Below are positions 23,974-36,640 of a stretch of 51,243 bases of DNA, piece after piece; position 1 is the first letter of the stretch, and every line of letters begins with the position of its first letter. Source of the DNA: Girardia tigrina. Lineage: Eukaryota. The stretch lies in contig MQRK01237970.1 in the NCBI GenBank assembly GCA_001938485.1, forward strand, positions 38,064 through 89,306, read 5' to 3'. The position numbers and the translations under genes were made by a program. Under the pieces are notes generated by a model. The model saw nothing but the letters and a program-made list of their open reading frames with translations, was not told the origin of the DNA and ran no database searches.

Positions 23974-25075
23974 ATATATATATATATATCCGTGGAAACA
24001 TATTTTTGAAGGCCTTTTAATCAATCAATTTTTCAAAGTTTTGCAAACTTACTCATTTTCGATGACAATAAATGATTATGTGAACATTTGATCAAAAAAA
24101 CTTTTAAGATCTCAAAATTGGAACAAAACGATCTCATCGGAGTTCCTGAACAATATTAGTATAAAAAGATCTACTTATAAATTATAAGTAGTTTATAGTA
24201 CGCAAAAAATAAATTAAAAATTAAATAAGGTCCTATAAACCATTTTAAAGTCTAACTAGTTGTTGGGATCTTGATCAATAATTAATCAATAATTAAAGTC
24301 ATGAAAACGCAAAACTTTATTTAAAACTATTTTTGCTAAGAAATTTTTATTTTGTTTTCTTTTCCACTAGATTGATTATACGTAAAAATACTGAATTATA
24401 AATACTAATGTATTATTTATTAAAATTGTTGCTTTCGAATGGAATTTATTATTTTTTAATTACAATAATTTTAAAGAATTACATTTCAATATTTAATTAA
24501 ACACCATTTTTAACATCTATATAATTTAAATATAAAAAATTAATTTACAATATTTAATTTTATTATTATACTACTAGAATTTATAACTTAATTATAATAT
24601 TTTTAATGACTGTTTTTTATAAAAAAAATCAGCTGTTTAAAAAATTAATTATTTATCAAATTTTTTTCACAGAATTTTCAAATAACTTTAATATTTAAAA
24701 AATTATCTGGTTTAAAACTTACATTTTTATCAATTTAAATTTCGTTAATTTATTTTTGAGAATTACTTTGTGAAATTAATTAGAGATATTTTTAAAAATA
24801 TTTTTTTGCTTATTTTTATTTTTTAGCTTATATTTGCTTATTTTAAATATTCAAAAAATATAAGAGTGCGCCAGATCCTCACACTGGCAAATCAAAAAAA
24901 TATTTTTTATAATAAAAACTCTGCCTGACCAACAGAATTTTTTCAATTTTTATTGTGTTTTTTTAAAAATATTTTTTATTTAAAATTTTTTTGGGAAAGT
25001 AGAGTTTGTCTGCATAAAGAATGGATATAAAAAAATATTTTTTGATTTACTAGTTGTATGAGATAACAATTTAAG
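23974..25075 (-). mobile_element. Second (inverted) copy of the Helitron-like repeat at 15610-16558
   Basis: Reverse-complement identity blocks with 16330-16558 and 15610-15690. Ends in (TA)n. Confidence 0.6.
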
Positions 25076-25124
25076 AAATCAAATTACATTATTTAAATAT
25101 AAAATTTATAACTTAATTTAAATA

Positions 25125-25843
25125 ACGTATTTTCACACATATAAACCACAGGTTTTCACTATTTATGTAAGAAAGTTTTTATAAACCCCATAGAAAAAAA
25201 TTTTTTGTGTGATATTTGAAAAAAAATTTTATTTTTCAAAAAGTTGAAAATTGATGTTGATAAAAAATTTAAAAACAAAGAAATTTGTAAACAGTCTAGG
25301 GACTCATACTTTTATAGTGTCTGGTCGTTTGCGTCGTGCAACCCATGCAAATGCCTGCAGCTAAGTACTTAATGCGGGGAACAAAATTTCTCCTGTTACT
25401 ATCTGGAATGGATTTAAAAAAGGCAGGCATCATTGCTGACGAAAAAGAAGACGCTTCAAAGCTCAGTGGACACTCGACAAACGAAGGTGGCGATCTTCTA
25501 GAAGACGTTATAAGGGCCGAAAGACCAGAGGTCGTTTTATTGACATTTAATGATGATTCGGTCGACGATAATTTTGATGGATTTTCTTCAGCTATTGAAA
25601 AAGAGGAAAAATCAAATCTTAATAAATTTGTTAATACCGTTATTCTGATTTAAATATGATTATGATATCAACATGATTTCTAAATAAATGTTTTCTTTTT
25701 ATTGTTAATGTTTTCTTTTTATACTATATTTATTGTTGTGTAAAATATTTTCGGGATAACCCTCGACATAATATAACCTGCAAGGGACAAGCTTGGTAGG
25801 TAAAATCACACAATACCCGCGGGTTATATGTGTGAAATTGCGG
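25125..25843 (+). mobile_element. Tc2/pogo-type deletion derivative
   Basis: TIRs ACGTATTTTCACACATATAA.C / GGTTATATGTGTGAAATTGCGG with TA flanks. Residual transposase C-terminus KKAGII...DDNFDGFS. Confidence 0.7.
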
Positions 25844-25864
25844 TAATTGTATTTAAAAAAATAC

Positions 25865-25963
25865 TTGTTTCAAACAATCCAGTGCAGATTTATAATTGTA
25901 TCTAACAATTTTGGAAGGTAAAGTCGATGTAACGATTGAAGCTTTCTGATTCATAAGCCTAAT
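25865..25963 (-). CDS. SLC25A14: SLC25A14/30-type carrier exon
   Basis: tttag acceptor and gtattt donor. IRLMNQ...YKSALDCLKQ, 99 nt, phase 0. Confidence 0.9.
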
Positions 25964-26005
25964 CTAAATACGAATTAACTAAGAATGAGCAGTAATAAGG
26001 TCTAC

Positions 26006-26066
26006 TCGAATCACTTCGACCGGACAAGATACACAGGTGCCAAAGGTAGCAGCTATGAGACTAGAT
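26006..26066 (-). CDS. SLC25A14: SLC25A14/30-type carrier exon (third Px[DE]xx[KR] motif)
   Basis: tgtag acceptor and gtagac donor. SSLIAATFGTCVSCPVEVIR, followed by a 42-nt intron. Confidence 0.88.
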
Positions 26067-26647
26067 CTACAAATGGAGTAAATGTTTAATTAGTCTCCTT
26101 TAAAATATTTTAGGAAAACTTTAAAATAAATTCAGTATAACCTGTTAGAATCACAGTTCATAACTTTATAATGTAAATATATTTTCAGTAAAATTAATGC
26201 AAAACCAAATTTCTAAAATACAAAACGTATAACAATAATTGATTTTAATGCTTTACTATTCTTTTCACACCATATTGCCGTGGAACATGTTCCTCTATTA
26301 TCAGTTACATATCGGAATGCTTTAAGTAACCTCGAAACTACCAGGAATGGAATATATTCTATAAGTTGCTACGATCCTTTGCACAATTATTTTCTTGAGG
26401 CAGTTACTTTGTCCTGTTATTGTAATAAGAAACAGCAACTTTTACTATGAGTTTAACTTATATTTTACGATAAGAAATTAAATCGTATTTTCTTACTTGA
26501 TTATGGAGACAATACAATAATAAAATAACATGTCAATCTAAGCATCAAAAATCAAAATAATAAATAATTGATATACATCAAATCAAAATTATCATTAAAT
26601 GAATGAAATATATTGTACATAGCCTCTCAGCATTCAAATAAATATTT

Positions 26648-27472
26648 GAGCAGGACATCTCGACGCCAGCCGTTTTGACACCGAGACATCCTGACGCCAT
26701 TATTCGTTTACACATTTTTTATCAATTATTGATGTTTAAATTTATATATGAAATATATATATGTAATACATTTATATATATAGTACAATATTAATTGTAA
26801 AATAATATAAAAACAGTCCGTGTAAATATTCTAATATTTCTATATTTTCAAAGTAATTAACAACTGCCAAATTTCGTCAACTAAACACTACTTCTTCTCT
26901 TTTAGAGAAATTTGACATCATCGAATAAACTTTTCATGTAATTGATCAACTAATTTTTGAATTACACACATGAATGCCATTTTAAGCAATTTTATTTATT
27001 CTTCCTCTATCTCTTTTGTGTTTTCCAACTTTACATCACATCGCAATAATTTTGGGCTTTTAATGAAACATACCTATAAAAGACAAGAATTCCTCGTACT
27101 CATAGTTTTCTGTACTTCTCATTGAACGGATCATGATAAGTCAATATATATGTAAATAAAAGTATTGCAATATTAAAACAAAAAATATAAGTACAGGGGT
27201 GGCCATAAGTCGCTTTACCCAGTAAACTTGTGCGTGGTATATGCAACTGCAAACTTGCACTAACTACAGATGTTAAAGCGACTTATGGCCACTCCTGTAT
27301 AGAAAACAAAATATACAATAAATTGATAAATTTTTATATTAAATTGAAACTTTTTCATAGATTTTAAACCCTCATAATAAATTCAGAATTTTTCATAAAA
27401 AAATGAGAATAAAAAAATATTTAATTAAAATACTGGCGTCGAAAGGCCTGACATCGAGATATCCTGTACCCC
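26648..27472. mobile_element. MULE-like non-autonomous element
   Basis: Imperfect inverted ends CAGGACATCTCGACGCCAG.. / ..CTGGCGTCGAAAGGCCTGACATCGAGATATCCTG with short subrepeats. Superfamily is inferred. Confidence 0.55.
27194..27297. mobile_element. 104-bp Tc1/mariner-type MITE nested in the MULE-like element
   Basis: 24-bp TIRs CAGGGGTGGCCATAAGTCGCTTTA / TAAAGCGACTTATGGCCACTCCTG with TA TSD. Confidence 0.9.
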
Positions 27473-27699
27473 AGAAATAGGTGGTCAGAGTTAGATCATA
27501 TTAGTATCATGTTACATAAATCTTTTTTAAAAGGCAAACAAATAAGCGATTTTCTAGATAAACAACATGTTTTGAAAATGTTTCAGAAACAGATTCTACA
27601 ATTGAAAAATGATAATGTGAAAAAGATGCTTAAGAATATTAGGAAAATAAAAGAAAAAAACAAATTCGTAACACTTTATTTGCTACAAAGTGTAAAAGA

Positions 27700-28870
27700 C
27701 GGTATGATAAAATTTTAGCTTTCAGGTTCAATTTTAAGGTACCGATTGGAAGTCTACCATTCAAATGATCTGCAATGTGGTCCGAGGAGCAAGCACAAGA
27801 TCGAAGCGAACTCCTTCGAATCAAAAGTGACTACATGACCACCAAGAGGAGTTAAGACATTCATTGGAGAAAATTGACGAGACTCACTGAATTTGTGAGA
27901 AATAGAAACAACGACACTTTTTCTAGGTGGAAATCCAGCAGAATACTTTTCCAGAAGAATATCAGAAGATGGAAACGTAAAAGAGTCGAGACTAGAGGGA
28001 AGAAATACAGATGGGGAAAAAGATCAGTGGGAGAAAGAAGCAATCAATCTCAGAATGCCTTCGAGTGGACAAAGTGGCTATTTTTGGGATGATTCGGTCT
28101 ATGGAGATTTCATTAACCGCATCATTCACAGACTCTACTGTATCGAGAGAAACATACATAAACCCCTTAATTCGATCAGGAAGACTCAATAGGACAAGAA
28201 CAACTGTGCCGAAGCTGATCAACGAGAGAGAAAAACGTCACCAATATCTAGTAGAAAGATGCTACAAGGAGTTTGGCAAAAAAATTAACTGAATAGACAC
28301 ATCAAAAGGGACCATGCGGTGTTCGCTTCCGCTAATATTGATCAACCCAACGAAACACAACAACAGCAATTACGATTTCCATGTACACTATGTAAAATGT
28401 CATACAAATCGAAGAGGTAACTGACCGGGTATATCAACCAGTATCATAAATAGGAGGAAACCGAAGAAATTGGAAAACCGACAATGACACCACCGCAAAC
28501 CAGTACAACAAATAGCACAGAAGAAAGAGTCGTAGAAAACCTCAACATTCTAGTCAACCAGATTCAATCCGTGACTATCTCGACTGCGGTGAAGGAAGCG
28601 ATAGATATTGAAGAAACGCATCTGACTTTTAGGATTGCAGATCTAACTGCAAAGAGAAAGTTTAGATGACCCTTTCGTGGCTGTACGAATTCAACGAATA
28701 CATCCAAAGGTATGTAGAACCATGGATATACAGTGGTCGTTTCTTACAGAGAAGCAAGAAAAGATCTCGGAAACCTAAACTATCCGACCCCGTAGGAGGC
28801 CTACCGTGTGGGCTGCTAGTGATTCTTTAGTTTGGGTGCACCCTCTAAAGAGTCAGCCCACATGATAAAA
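27700..28870 (+). mobile_element. Decayed R2/NeSL-type non-LTR retrotransposon N-terminal (C2H2 finger) region with terminal hairpin
   Basis: FPCTLCKMSYKSKR*LTGYINQYH at ~28376-28448, a second degenerate finger near 28660-28723, and a strong stem-loop at 28806-28863. Family is inferred. Confidence 0.45.
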
Positions 28871-29879
28871 TTAATATTAATTTCAAGTAAAATAAATAAA
28901 ATTCGTCAAAACGTGTAAAGATATAATTTCAATTGAAACCATTTCACCATGCCATATATTTGATAATAATGAAAACACAGAAGTTAGGTTTCATTTAATG
29001 AGGAAGTAAATTTTCCAAAAAATAGATTGATTTGATTAAGTTATGGATAAATTGGTAGAAATTCCTCGTTTCTTAAACGATACTTTCGTGATGGTCTTCT
29101 CAATATGATAACAAATTTAAAGAATTGATTGAAAGTTGTCTGATATCATTCAGACGTCGAAAAAAGAATAGTACAATATAAAACGAAGACGATATTTTTT
29201 GTGAAAAATGTGACAATTTGAGAAGTAACATGATTAAAGAGGTATCACGGTTTTGGTTTTAAATATAGCATTCCTGGTAGCGATTATGTACATATGCATA
29301 CTTATCATCATTTTAAGTAGTATTTTTAGTAAATGGAAAATAAAAATACATCTAAATTTAAATGAATATGTATTTATTAAACAAAAACATACAAAAATAG
29401 ATTCACTTAAAATAAAAGAATTTCGCACGTTAAAATTTTAACAGTATGTTATAAAAAAATTAGTTAAACATGTTTGAATTTTCTTACGTTCTTGAAAAGT
29501 GTTATTTGTTTTCTGTAAGAAAAAGACGCGTCTCATGGGAAAGTTATTTTCTTCCAAAATTGTTGCAAATTTCGCGCAGAAATGGTGACTCTATTGATAG
29601 AAATTGTAAATGAAGGAATTTGATCAATGGAAGAGATTTCATCACCAAGTTCATCATTAGTCGGTGAAACCAGCTTATAAATTACCTGCTCATTAATTTC
29701 TGCATTAAAGGGTAAAGTAGCGTCAATTGCAAGTAACTCCTAAGACGATTTGTTTGTATCTTCGGAAGACTGAAATGGCTGATTAAAGGAGGCTTTATTG
29801 CAAGACTTGAAACAGACTATGGCTGATCAAGTACATTTTCTGGTGGTAAAATTCAAGTGTCTTCAACAGTTTATAATTG

Positions 29880-30900
29880 TTATAATCTTTACAGCTTTTC
29901 AAGCTTCTGCAATCATGTAAAATGATTCCTTGAATTTAATTTTTAAGGTTACTGCAATGCCTACAATATCTAAGCAGTGAATGTAATGTTTTATTTGTCT
30001 TTGGTGATAAATTGCTTAATAAATATAAAGCACAGGTCATTTTGGGAGGCAAGTATATAACAGTTATATTTGATAGATTTGATTTATCCCGTGACCGATT
30101 ATTTTGTGAGAAGTTGCATTATGAGGAGTTAGTTAATTTTCTTTTTCTAACAAATATTAATTTCTTTTAATATTTTAAAATAATTATTATTTGATAATAA
30201 ATAAGATTTAATTAAAATGGAATGAAATATTAATTTTAGGTTCATCAGTTTTGTTAAAATGCAATCAGAATTTGAAAATTAAGATAAATGTCGGTAAATC
30301 GATTATTAAAGAGAAATTGAAATTTTGTTTGTATTTAAAATTATTAATTTGTGATAATAAAAATAAATTCTATTTAGAATATCGAAAACGATAAAAAAGC
30401 AAATAACAATCTAAGAAGTGAATATGTTTTATTTGTCTTTGGTGATAGATGATTTATTATTCCGGTATCAAATGACTGCAAAACGCAGGTCATAGTGGGA
30501 GGTAAGTATATAAAGGTTATATTTCAGCGATCACGATTTTTCATGTGACCAATTGTTTTGTGAAAAGTAGCATTATCCAAAGGTATAGCAAACTTTGCAT
30601 TTAAATATCATTTTTCAAAAAATGCTATACACGAATTGAAAATTGTAGATGTCATCCAGCTATTCACAAACAATATTTCAGGGACTTCGACCTAAAGCTA
30701 TAATTTTGATCGATTACCATAGAAAAGAAACTTTAGGTTTGATCATTTTTTATTATGTATAAACTCACGATTTTCTAATAAACATAATAATCTGCTAGCC
30801 TATTGAACACTGATTAAATATGGCTTTCATCTTCTAAAAATTCATTTGAACTGTTATGATTTCTGATGCTTAGAAACTTGTTTCAGTATCTAACCAGCAA
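29880..30900 (-). mobile_element. Tigger/pogo DDE_1 transposase remnants with an internal duplication
   Basis: Minus strand reads LYLPPTMTCVLQSFDTGII (LPPNTTS.LQP.D.GII motif). 29990-30125 is duplicated at 30428-30578. Confidence 0.6.
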
Positions 30901-31712
30901 GAATTTTCTGTCACCTGAACATTATCAATAGAGAGGAATTGCATATTAACAAAGTTTCCAGGAATGCTTATCAGATCAGTCAGTCTAGTGAAAATGGTGT
31001 CTTCTGAGAGGGTTCAGAATCTGGTTCCTCTTAACCAGTTGGTGAAGCCGGTCTTGACATAATGCTTGATTTCACCAAGTCCCATGAATTTGAGTATTAT
31101 TATTGTATCCAGAAGATTTAAAGAGAAATCGAGGCGCTGTGAAGAATTCTTTCTAAGTTAAATTGATATAAGGTACGTGGTTGTGCACTATTGTATTTAC
31201 AAGGAAGACTTGAATATCTATGTACTTATATCCATAATTTTATGGTATGCAGGGTAATTGATAATAATTCTTGTGTAGCTGTCCATTGTTGAAGCCATTC
31301 TCGGAAGATTTTATCAAGTATTTGACTGATAAATGAACGACGCAAGGGCAACGAGGATGGTTACATTTATCAGAATTTTTGAATTTCGAAAAGTGGGAGC
31401 GTCTCTGTCATTGATAAATCTATGAGTACGATTTATAGAATATCAATAAACATTTCGTTTATATATCACTACTTCCTAATTATGATCTCTACAGGTCACT
31501 GGAAGAATCGCTATTTTCGTTAGAAATGGCGTCAATTAAATATCAAATAACCATCAGTTATTCGCAACCATGACATAGTCTTCAAGTTTAAAAACAAATT
31601 GATTAGTATTTAATAAAATAAAAATTATCATGAATAAATTAACAAAAGGATAAACCCAATTCCTTACTACATACAATGAACGAATGTGGATAAATGTACA
31701 AAAAGAACTCAC

Positions 31713-31837
31713 GCAAAGTGGCATGATATATCATCCAAAAGGATATTATTAGTGATTAAAGAACGTTTGGAGAAATCATACGTTGGCAATAATACACCGA
31801 CTAATAAAGCCGACCGGGCCGCTGTAGGGATTACAGC
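31713..31837 (-). CDS. SLC25A14: SLC25A14/30-type carrier exon
   Basis: tttag acceptor and gtgagt donor. AVIPTAARSALLVGVLLPTYDFSKRSLI..CHF (cf. [24 protein letters not shown]). Confidence 0.92.
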
Positions 31838-32360
31838 CTAAAATATTCACAAAAATATATTAGCAATAATAATTCACTAAATTAAATATAAACATATAAA
31901 AATTAAAGCGACTGTTAACAAATAATTTCTAGTTTATTGTTGAGAGCATTGCTTTCAGTGTCTCTGGCAAGTAATCTATTTATAGCTCCAAGACAAACAC
32001 GACTACCAGACTAAGTCTGCTATACAAAATATAAATTATTTGTCTACATTCTCCTGTCTCTTTAAGAATGCGCCTTCTTAGAATTTTTAGAGAGAGATTA
32101 ATCTGAAAATTAGATAAAAGATAATGTAAACACCATTAAATAGGAACATGTACGATAAAGTCCTTGCGCTATTCGGATCTTGTTTCCTATTTTATTGTCG
32201 TTATAATGAGACACAGCTTTAAGTTACAATAAGTAAAATGTTAAAAAAATTAATTCCTAATTTAAGTTCAACTATTCTAGAAAAGAACACTTTACTTTAT
32301 TACATAATTAAACATGCAATTAATAATTAATTAACAATTAATACTAATGAATCTCTATTA

Positions 32361-34175
32361 CACTCGGATCCCGGTTTAGGGAACCCTCGGTTTTCAGGAC
32401 ACCCCGTGTTTTGGACCAAAAATGAAAAAAAAGTTGATTTTTCTATTCTGTCAATTTGTTAAAGAATACCACTTTGGCGCATTTATTTTAAAAAATTAAT
32501 AATTATTTTAGTTTTTACTTATTTTTATTTGTTTAAATACTTTTTTTTTAAATTTTTTTATAACCATGAAGAAATTTATTTATGAAGATAGGTTTCAAAT
32601 TGCAAAATTCAATAAAAAAGAAAAGATTTTTGTTCCTCTGATGACGTGTTCTTGGTGCGGTCCTGCATTTGAATAAGACATGCCGGGACTTCCCTTAAAC
32701 GGATCGTGTTGATCTGCAAGTTTATTTTGAAAATATAAATACGTTGTTTCTTGTTAATGTCGAGTACCCTTGCTATACCAGGCACAATCTTGAGATGGCT
32801 GACATCAAAAATATAGATAAGTATTTCTATCTTCTCGAGACTATCACTGAAAATTGCGGAATTAAAGTTGTATTAAATTCTTTCATTGTTGGTGCATTAA
32901 GTGCATGGATCCCCAACAATGAAACTATCCTGAATAGTTTACATTTAGGTCATAGGATAAAATCAATCGCTAATACCTGCGTCGAATCGAACATACGGTG
33001 GTCCAAGTGACAGTAGGAGACATTCGAGGACCGACGGGAGAGACGAAACGTCGACAACTATGATGACGCGATCCCCGACCCAGAAGAAAAACATTCAGAC
33101 ACTACAAGAGGGGCCAATCTTTCATGATTGTGATTCCGACTATTGTCTGTTGTATTTTATAGGATTGTTTCCTTATACGACAGAGGCACTCAACTGAGAA
33201 TTACCGACCCCACTCTGATGTGTTCACCGAGATGATACCGTTATGTATGGCAGAAATAGGGACTTTTTTATGTATATTACATCTCACGTGTCATTACTAA
33301 ATACTCCTCGGCTTTATATTTGCTACTTTACCTGCTCAGTCCCAACTACTGAGGAGGTTGAACGATTACAGTCGTATGCCTTTCTTTGTACTGGCGTGAA
33401 TCCTGACGAACTAGTGCTCCCCGCTCAATTTCCCAAACGGTCAGACGTGCCCAAATGCACTAAAACTATTTCAAGAAGAACTTTGTTTTGTAATAAAATT
33501 TAGTTTATATTTATAGAAAGGAAGCTTTGTATTAAGTATCAAACTCGTACAGAACTATTTCAAGAATTCGAAATAGAAAATAACAGATAAATTGATATTC
33601 CTGATGAAGAATGTGAGGTAAATATTATTTCATAAAACAATTCAAGTGATTTAAATATATATAAAACTTTTTTAAAACTAAGATGATATTTGTGTAATTG
33701 GAACATTACTTAAAATGATTGAAAAAAGTGGCTTCGAAAATATTAATTAAGATTTTAGTGAATCTAACGGTTTGTTTGATCGATTTACCTCAAGACTCAA
33801 GTTGTTCATAAACATGTGGTGAAAGCCAATCTGCAGACAACTTCAGGTTTCAATGAATTTCGCTCTGCATATGATGAATACGTTTTACAACATGGGCAGC
33901 ATGACATATTTAATTGTGATAAAAGGGTGTTATTTATAAAAAATATTCCATCTAAATCCTTTCTTGGATATAGTAACAGTTGTAATGGAACTAAAAAATC
34001 AAAGATTAAAATTACTTTATTTATGTGTTGTGATTTAGAAGGCAAAAAACTAGAAACACTTATTATTTGAAAACATAAAAATCCCCAATGTATGAAACAC
34101 TTTAATCTTATAGATTTCAGAGTTTGATATTTTTCTTTAAAAAATGCCTGGTTGATTTCAGCTTGATAGAGAAAT
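32361..34175 (+). mobile_element. Tigger-like element remnant interrupted by a LINE fragment
   Basis: TIR-like start at 32361 and decayed transposase (SNGLFDRF, IFNCDKRVLF, KKSKIKITLFMCCDLEG, KHKNPQC). Confidence 0.6.
32636..33500 (+). mobile_element. NeSL/Utopia/R2-type LINE 3' fragment (restriction-like endonuclease C-terminus and 3' UTR)
   Basis: FLVNVEYP..NLEMADIKNIDKY..VVLNSFIVGALSAWIPNNETIL..NIRWSK matches the RLE-domain pattern D-V-x-x-P / KY / IVGxLGxW. Confidence 0.75.
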
Positions 34176-35105
34176 GAAAAGTGGTTCAAATTAAAAATGC
34201 ATTTTTGAGTCAGAGAGTTCGGAAGCCAAAATGAATTTTAATTCAATAAAAAATGATATTCATTCAATTTTGTATGAGTATGGATACCGAATGCATCTAT
34301 GTATCTCTTCAAACGATCGTGGTGCGACTATATCCTTTAAAGAGTTCCCGAGCACTGATATAATTTGTTGTCTCATAAGAAACCTTCAACTCACTTTCAC
34401 GTTAAATAAAATCATGAGAAGTGACTTGGTGTGAAAAGATGAATATTATAATATGGAATCATAATATTATAGTTTTAATTATTAACGATATTTATTTTAT
34501 CATAAATTTAATTTCTGTTGTAGAATTTCCTACCTAATTCCTGAATGGAATTAATGGCTTTTTGTAATCCACAGGAAGAACTTCGCCGTCAAATAACTGT
34601 CAAATTCAATTGAAGTCTTAAATAGCAATAGTAGAAATATTATTATTTGCTTGTGCTTTATTGTGACTTATCCTTTTATTTTCTGAGTTCTGAGAAACTA
34701 TTTGTGATTTCATCAAAAATCTTGTCAAAATATTTTATGCACCTCTTCTTTAATTTGATGTACCGTTTTATTGGATAAAGATATCAGATTCAATTTTGAG
34801 TCTCTTTCCAAGACGATTGCGCTATTTATATATGTTGCTTCTTTTCTCTGACAACTATAGCGAAATGCAGAAATAACTTTCCGGTTGTTTGATATTTTTT
34901 CAGCAAAAATTCTCTATAAGTGTCTTAGCATCACTGATTTACAATATTATATTTCATTCTTGATGTATTCAAGTTCTGGTCACTTATTTTGTCAATCCCA
35001 AATCATACATTTTATATTCTCAATATTGAAGACTGAAATAAAAAAGAACTTAGCTTTACAATAAATAGAACAAGGATAAGAAATATATAAGCTATTGCGT
35101 TGTGA

Positions 35106-35390
35106 ATGAGTATGTTACGAGAACTGCAGTCTGTGATTCAAAGTAAACGAGTTCCTATATCGCTGAAAAGAAGACTAATCGAATCAAGCATTTTTCGGGC
35201 AGTGTGTTATGGGAGTGAGTGCTGGACAAAACCTGAAAAAGAGGTAGCCCGGATACAAGCTTTTCATAATACCTACTCACGCACTACTCTTGGTAAAACT
35301 AAACTTGACATAATACGTAATACTGATGTGTCAATTGGTTTTGCCCGAGGCGTGTGTGGTACTGGTGAAACGGTGTATTGTATTCTTTGA
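35106..35390 (+). mobile_element. RTE-type LINE reverse-transcriptase C-terminal fragment
   Basis: ISLKRRLIESSIFRAVCYGSECWT..RIQAFH..LG.TKLDIIRN motif. Confidence 0.75.
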
Positions 35391-35659
35391 GTACAATAGA
35401 CGAAAAGGTGTACGTGAGGTAAAAAGAGAATTAAACTCTGAAATGGTATCAGGAAATAGAAAAGTCAGCGGCCTTAAAAAGCCGTTGATGAAAGAGCGTA
35501 TCGCCTGCTATATGATTTAGCTATTTACCGACTAAGAAGATCTGGTCGAGTACCAGGAATGTTTAAATGGGAGAGGAATTCTCGACATCTATTTTTTGTT
35601 AAAAGTAAGCTCATTGATCGCTCAATTACTGTTCATCTTTTAGCTTATCTTAACGAACA

Positions 35660-35852
35660 CTGCCGAGTGAAGCTCAAAAAACGCATGCAAGATATCAGAC
35701 CAACATCCCTTAACTATCTTAAACATAAAATCAAAGTAGTTTGGACGGAACAGATTTATCAGGAGCAGTGCAAGAATTTGGTGAATTCGATGCCTGACCG
35801 CATCCATGTGGTAATCGCTGTCGAGGTGGTTCAACTCTGTAGATATCTGTAA
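35660..35852 (+). mobile_element. Tc1 transposase C-terminal fragment
   Basis: LKKRM..PTSLNYLKHKIKVVW..CKNLVNSMPDRIHVVI. Confidence 0.75.
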
Positions 35853-36139
35853 TGTGGGAAAACCAGGAGCGATCGAGATCTTGTAAAATTTACCCCGATT
35901 GGATGACGCTCGGAAATTCAATGGGCCGCCATCATAATATTTATGTAAAAAATATGAAATTATATTCCTTACAAAAAACATTATAAAACATTGAAACAAA
36001 TGATGTTATCTGTGACTAGTAAATAGAATAATGTAAAGATTACATAAATATGAAATGAGAAAAATAACACTACAGTCATATATATTACGTAGAAACTATG
36101 ATTCTGAACCAGGATCAGAAGGATCATACCATTAATGAA

Positions 36140-36640
36140 AAGTTTAAACATTTCAGAAAATTAGCCACAAAGATTATGACAATGTTTGGTTCAACATACA
36201 TTTACGATCAGTTATTTTCTTTTCTGAAACAACCAAAATCTTCTTAGAGAATAAGGCTGACTGATCCACACTTATCACATTTCATCAAAGTAGGAACTAA
36301 GTTGTCGCTTTAGTCTGATATACCAACAATTTTTAACACAAAGAGTTGTCAAGTCTCGGGACAAAATACAAAAGTGGTTGAGTAAAATGGTAGTAAATAA
36401 ATTTTAACTTTGAAATGCCGTATTTTTTTAATGTATTAGTTTCTGTTGCACACTGTTCCTTTACACCTTTTACAATTACAGTGTTTATTGTTTAGAATTT
36501 TATTTTTTGCAAACTTCATATCTTATTTTCATGACTGCTGTTAAAATACAAATGGAAAATAAGTTGAAGTGTGTGGCCCTCGCAATCAACTCTTGTTACT
36601 CATGTTGCATTCGGGATGCCTGAGTTTTACATGCCTTATC
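36140..36640 (+). mobile_element. hAT-Charlie (GTF2IRD2/SPIN-like) 3' fragment
   Basis: FRKLATKIMTMFGSTYIYDQLFSFLK..KS..RIRLTDPHL dimerisation-domain motif, and a Charlie-like end GAGTTTTACATGCCT. Confidence 0.7.

Noticed and set aside
30900-31460. Possible minus-strand Penelope RT remnant (PLR..ISQI-like)
   Set aside because: Too decayed to support.
33395-33480. Hammerhead-like CTGACGA ... stem in the LINE 3' UTR
   Set aside because: No properly placed GAAA box or stem I/III pairing.
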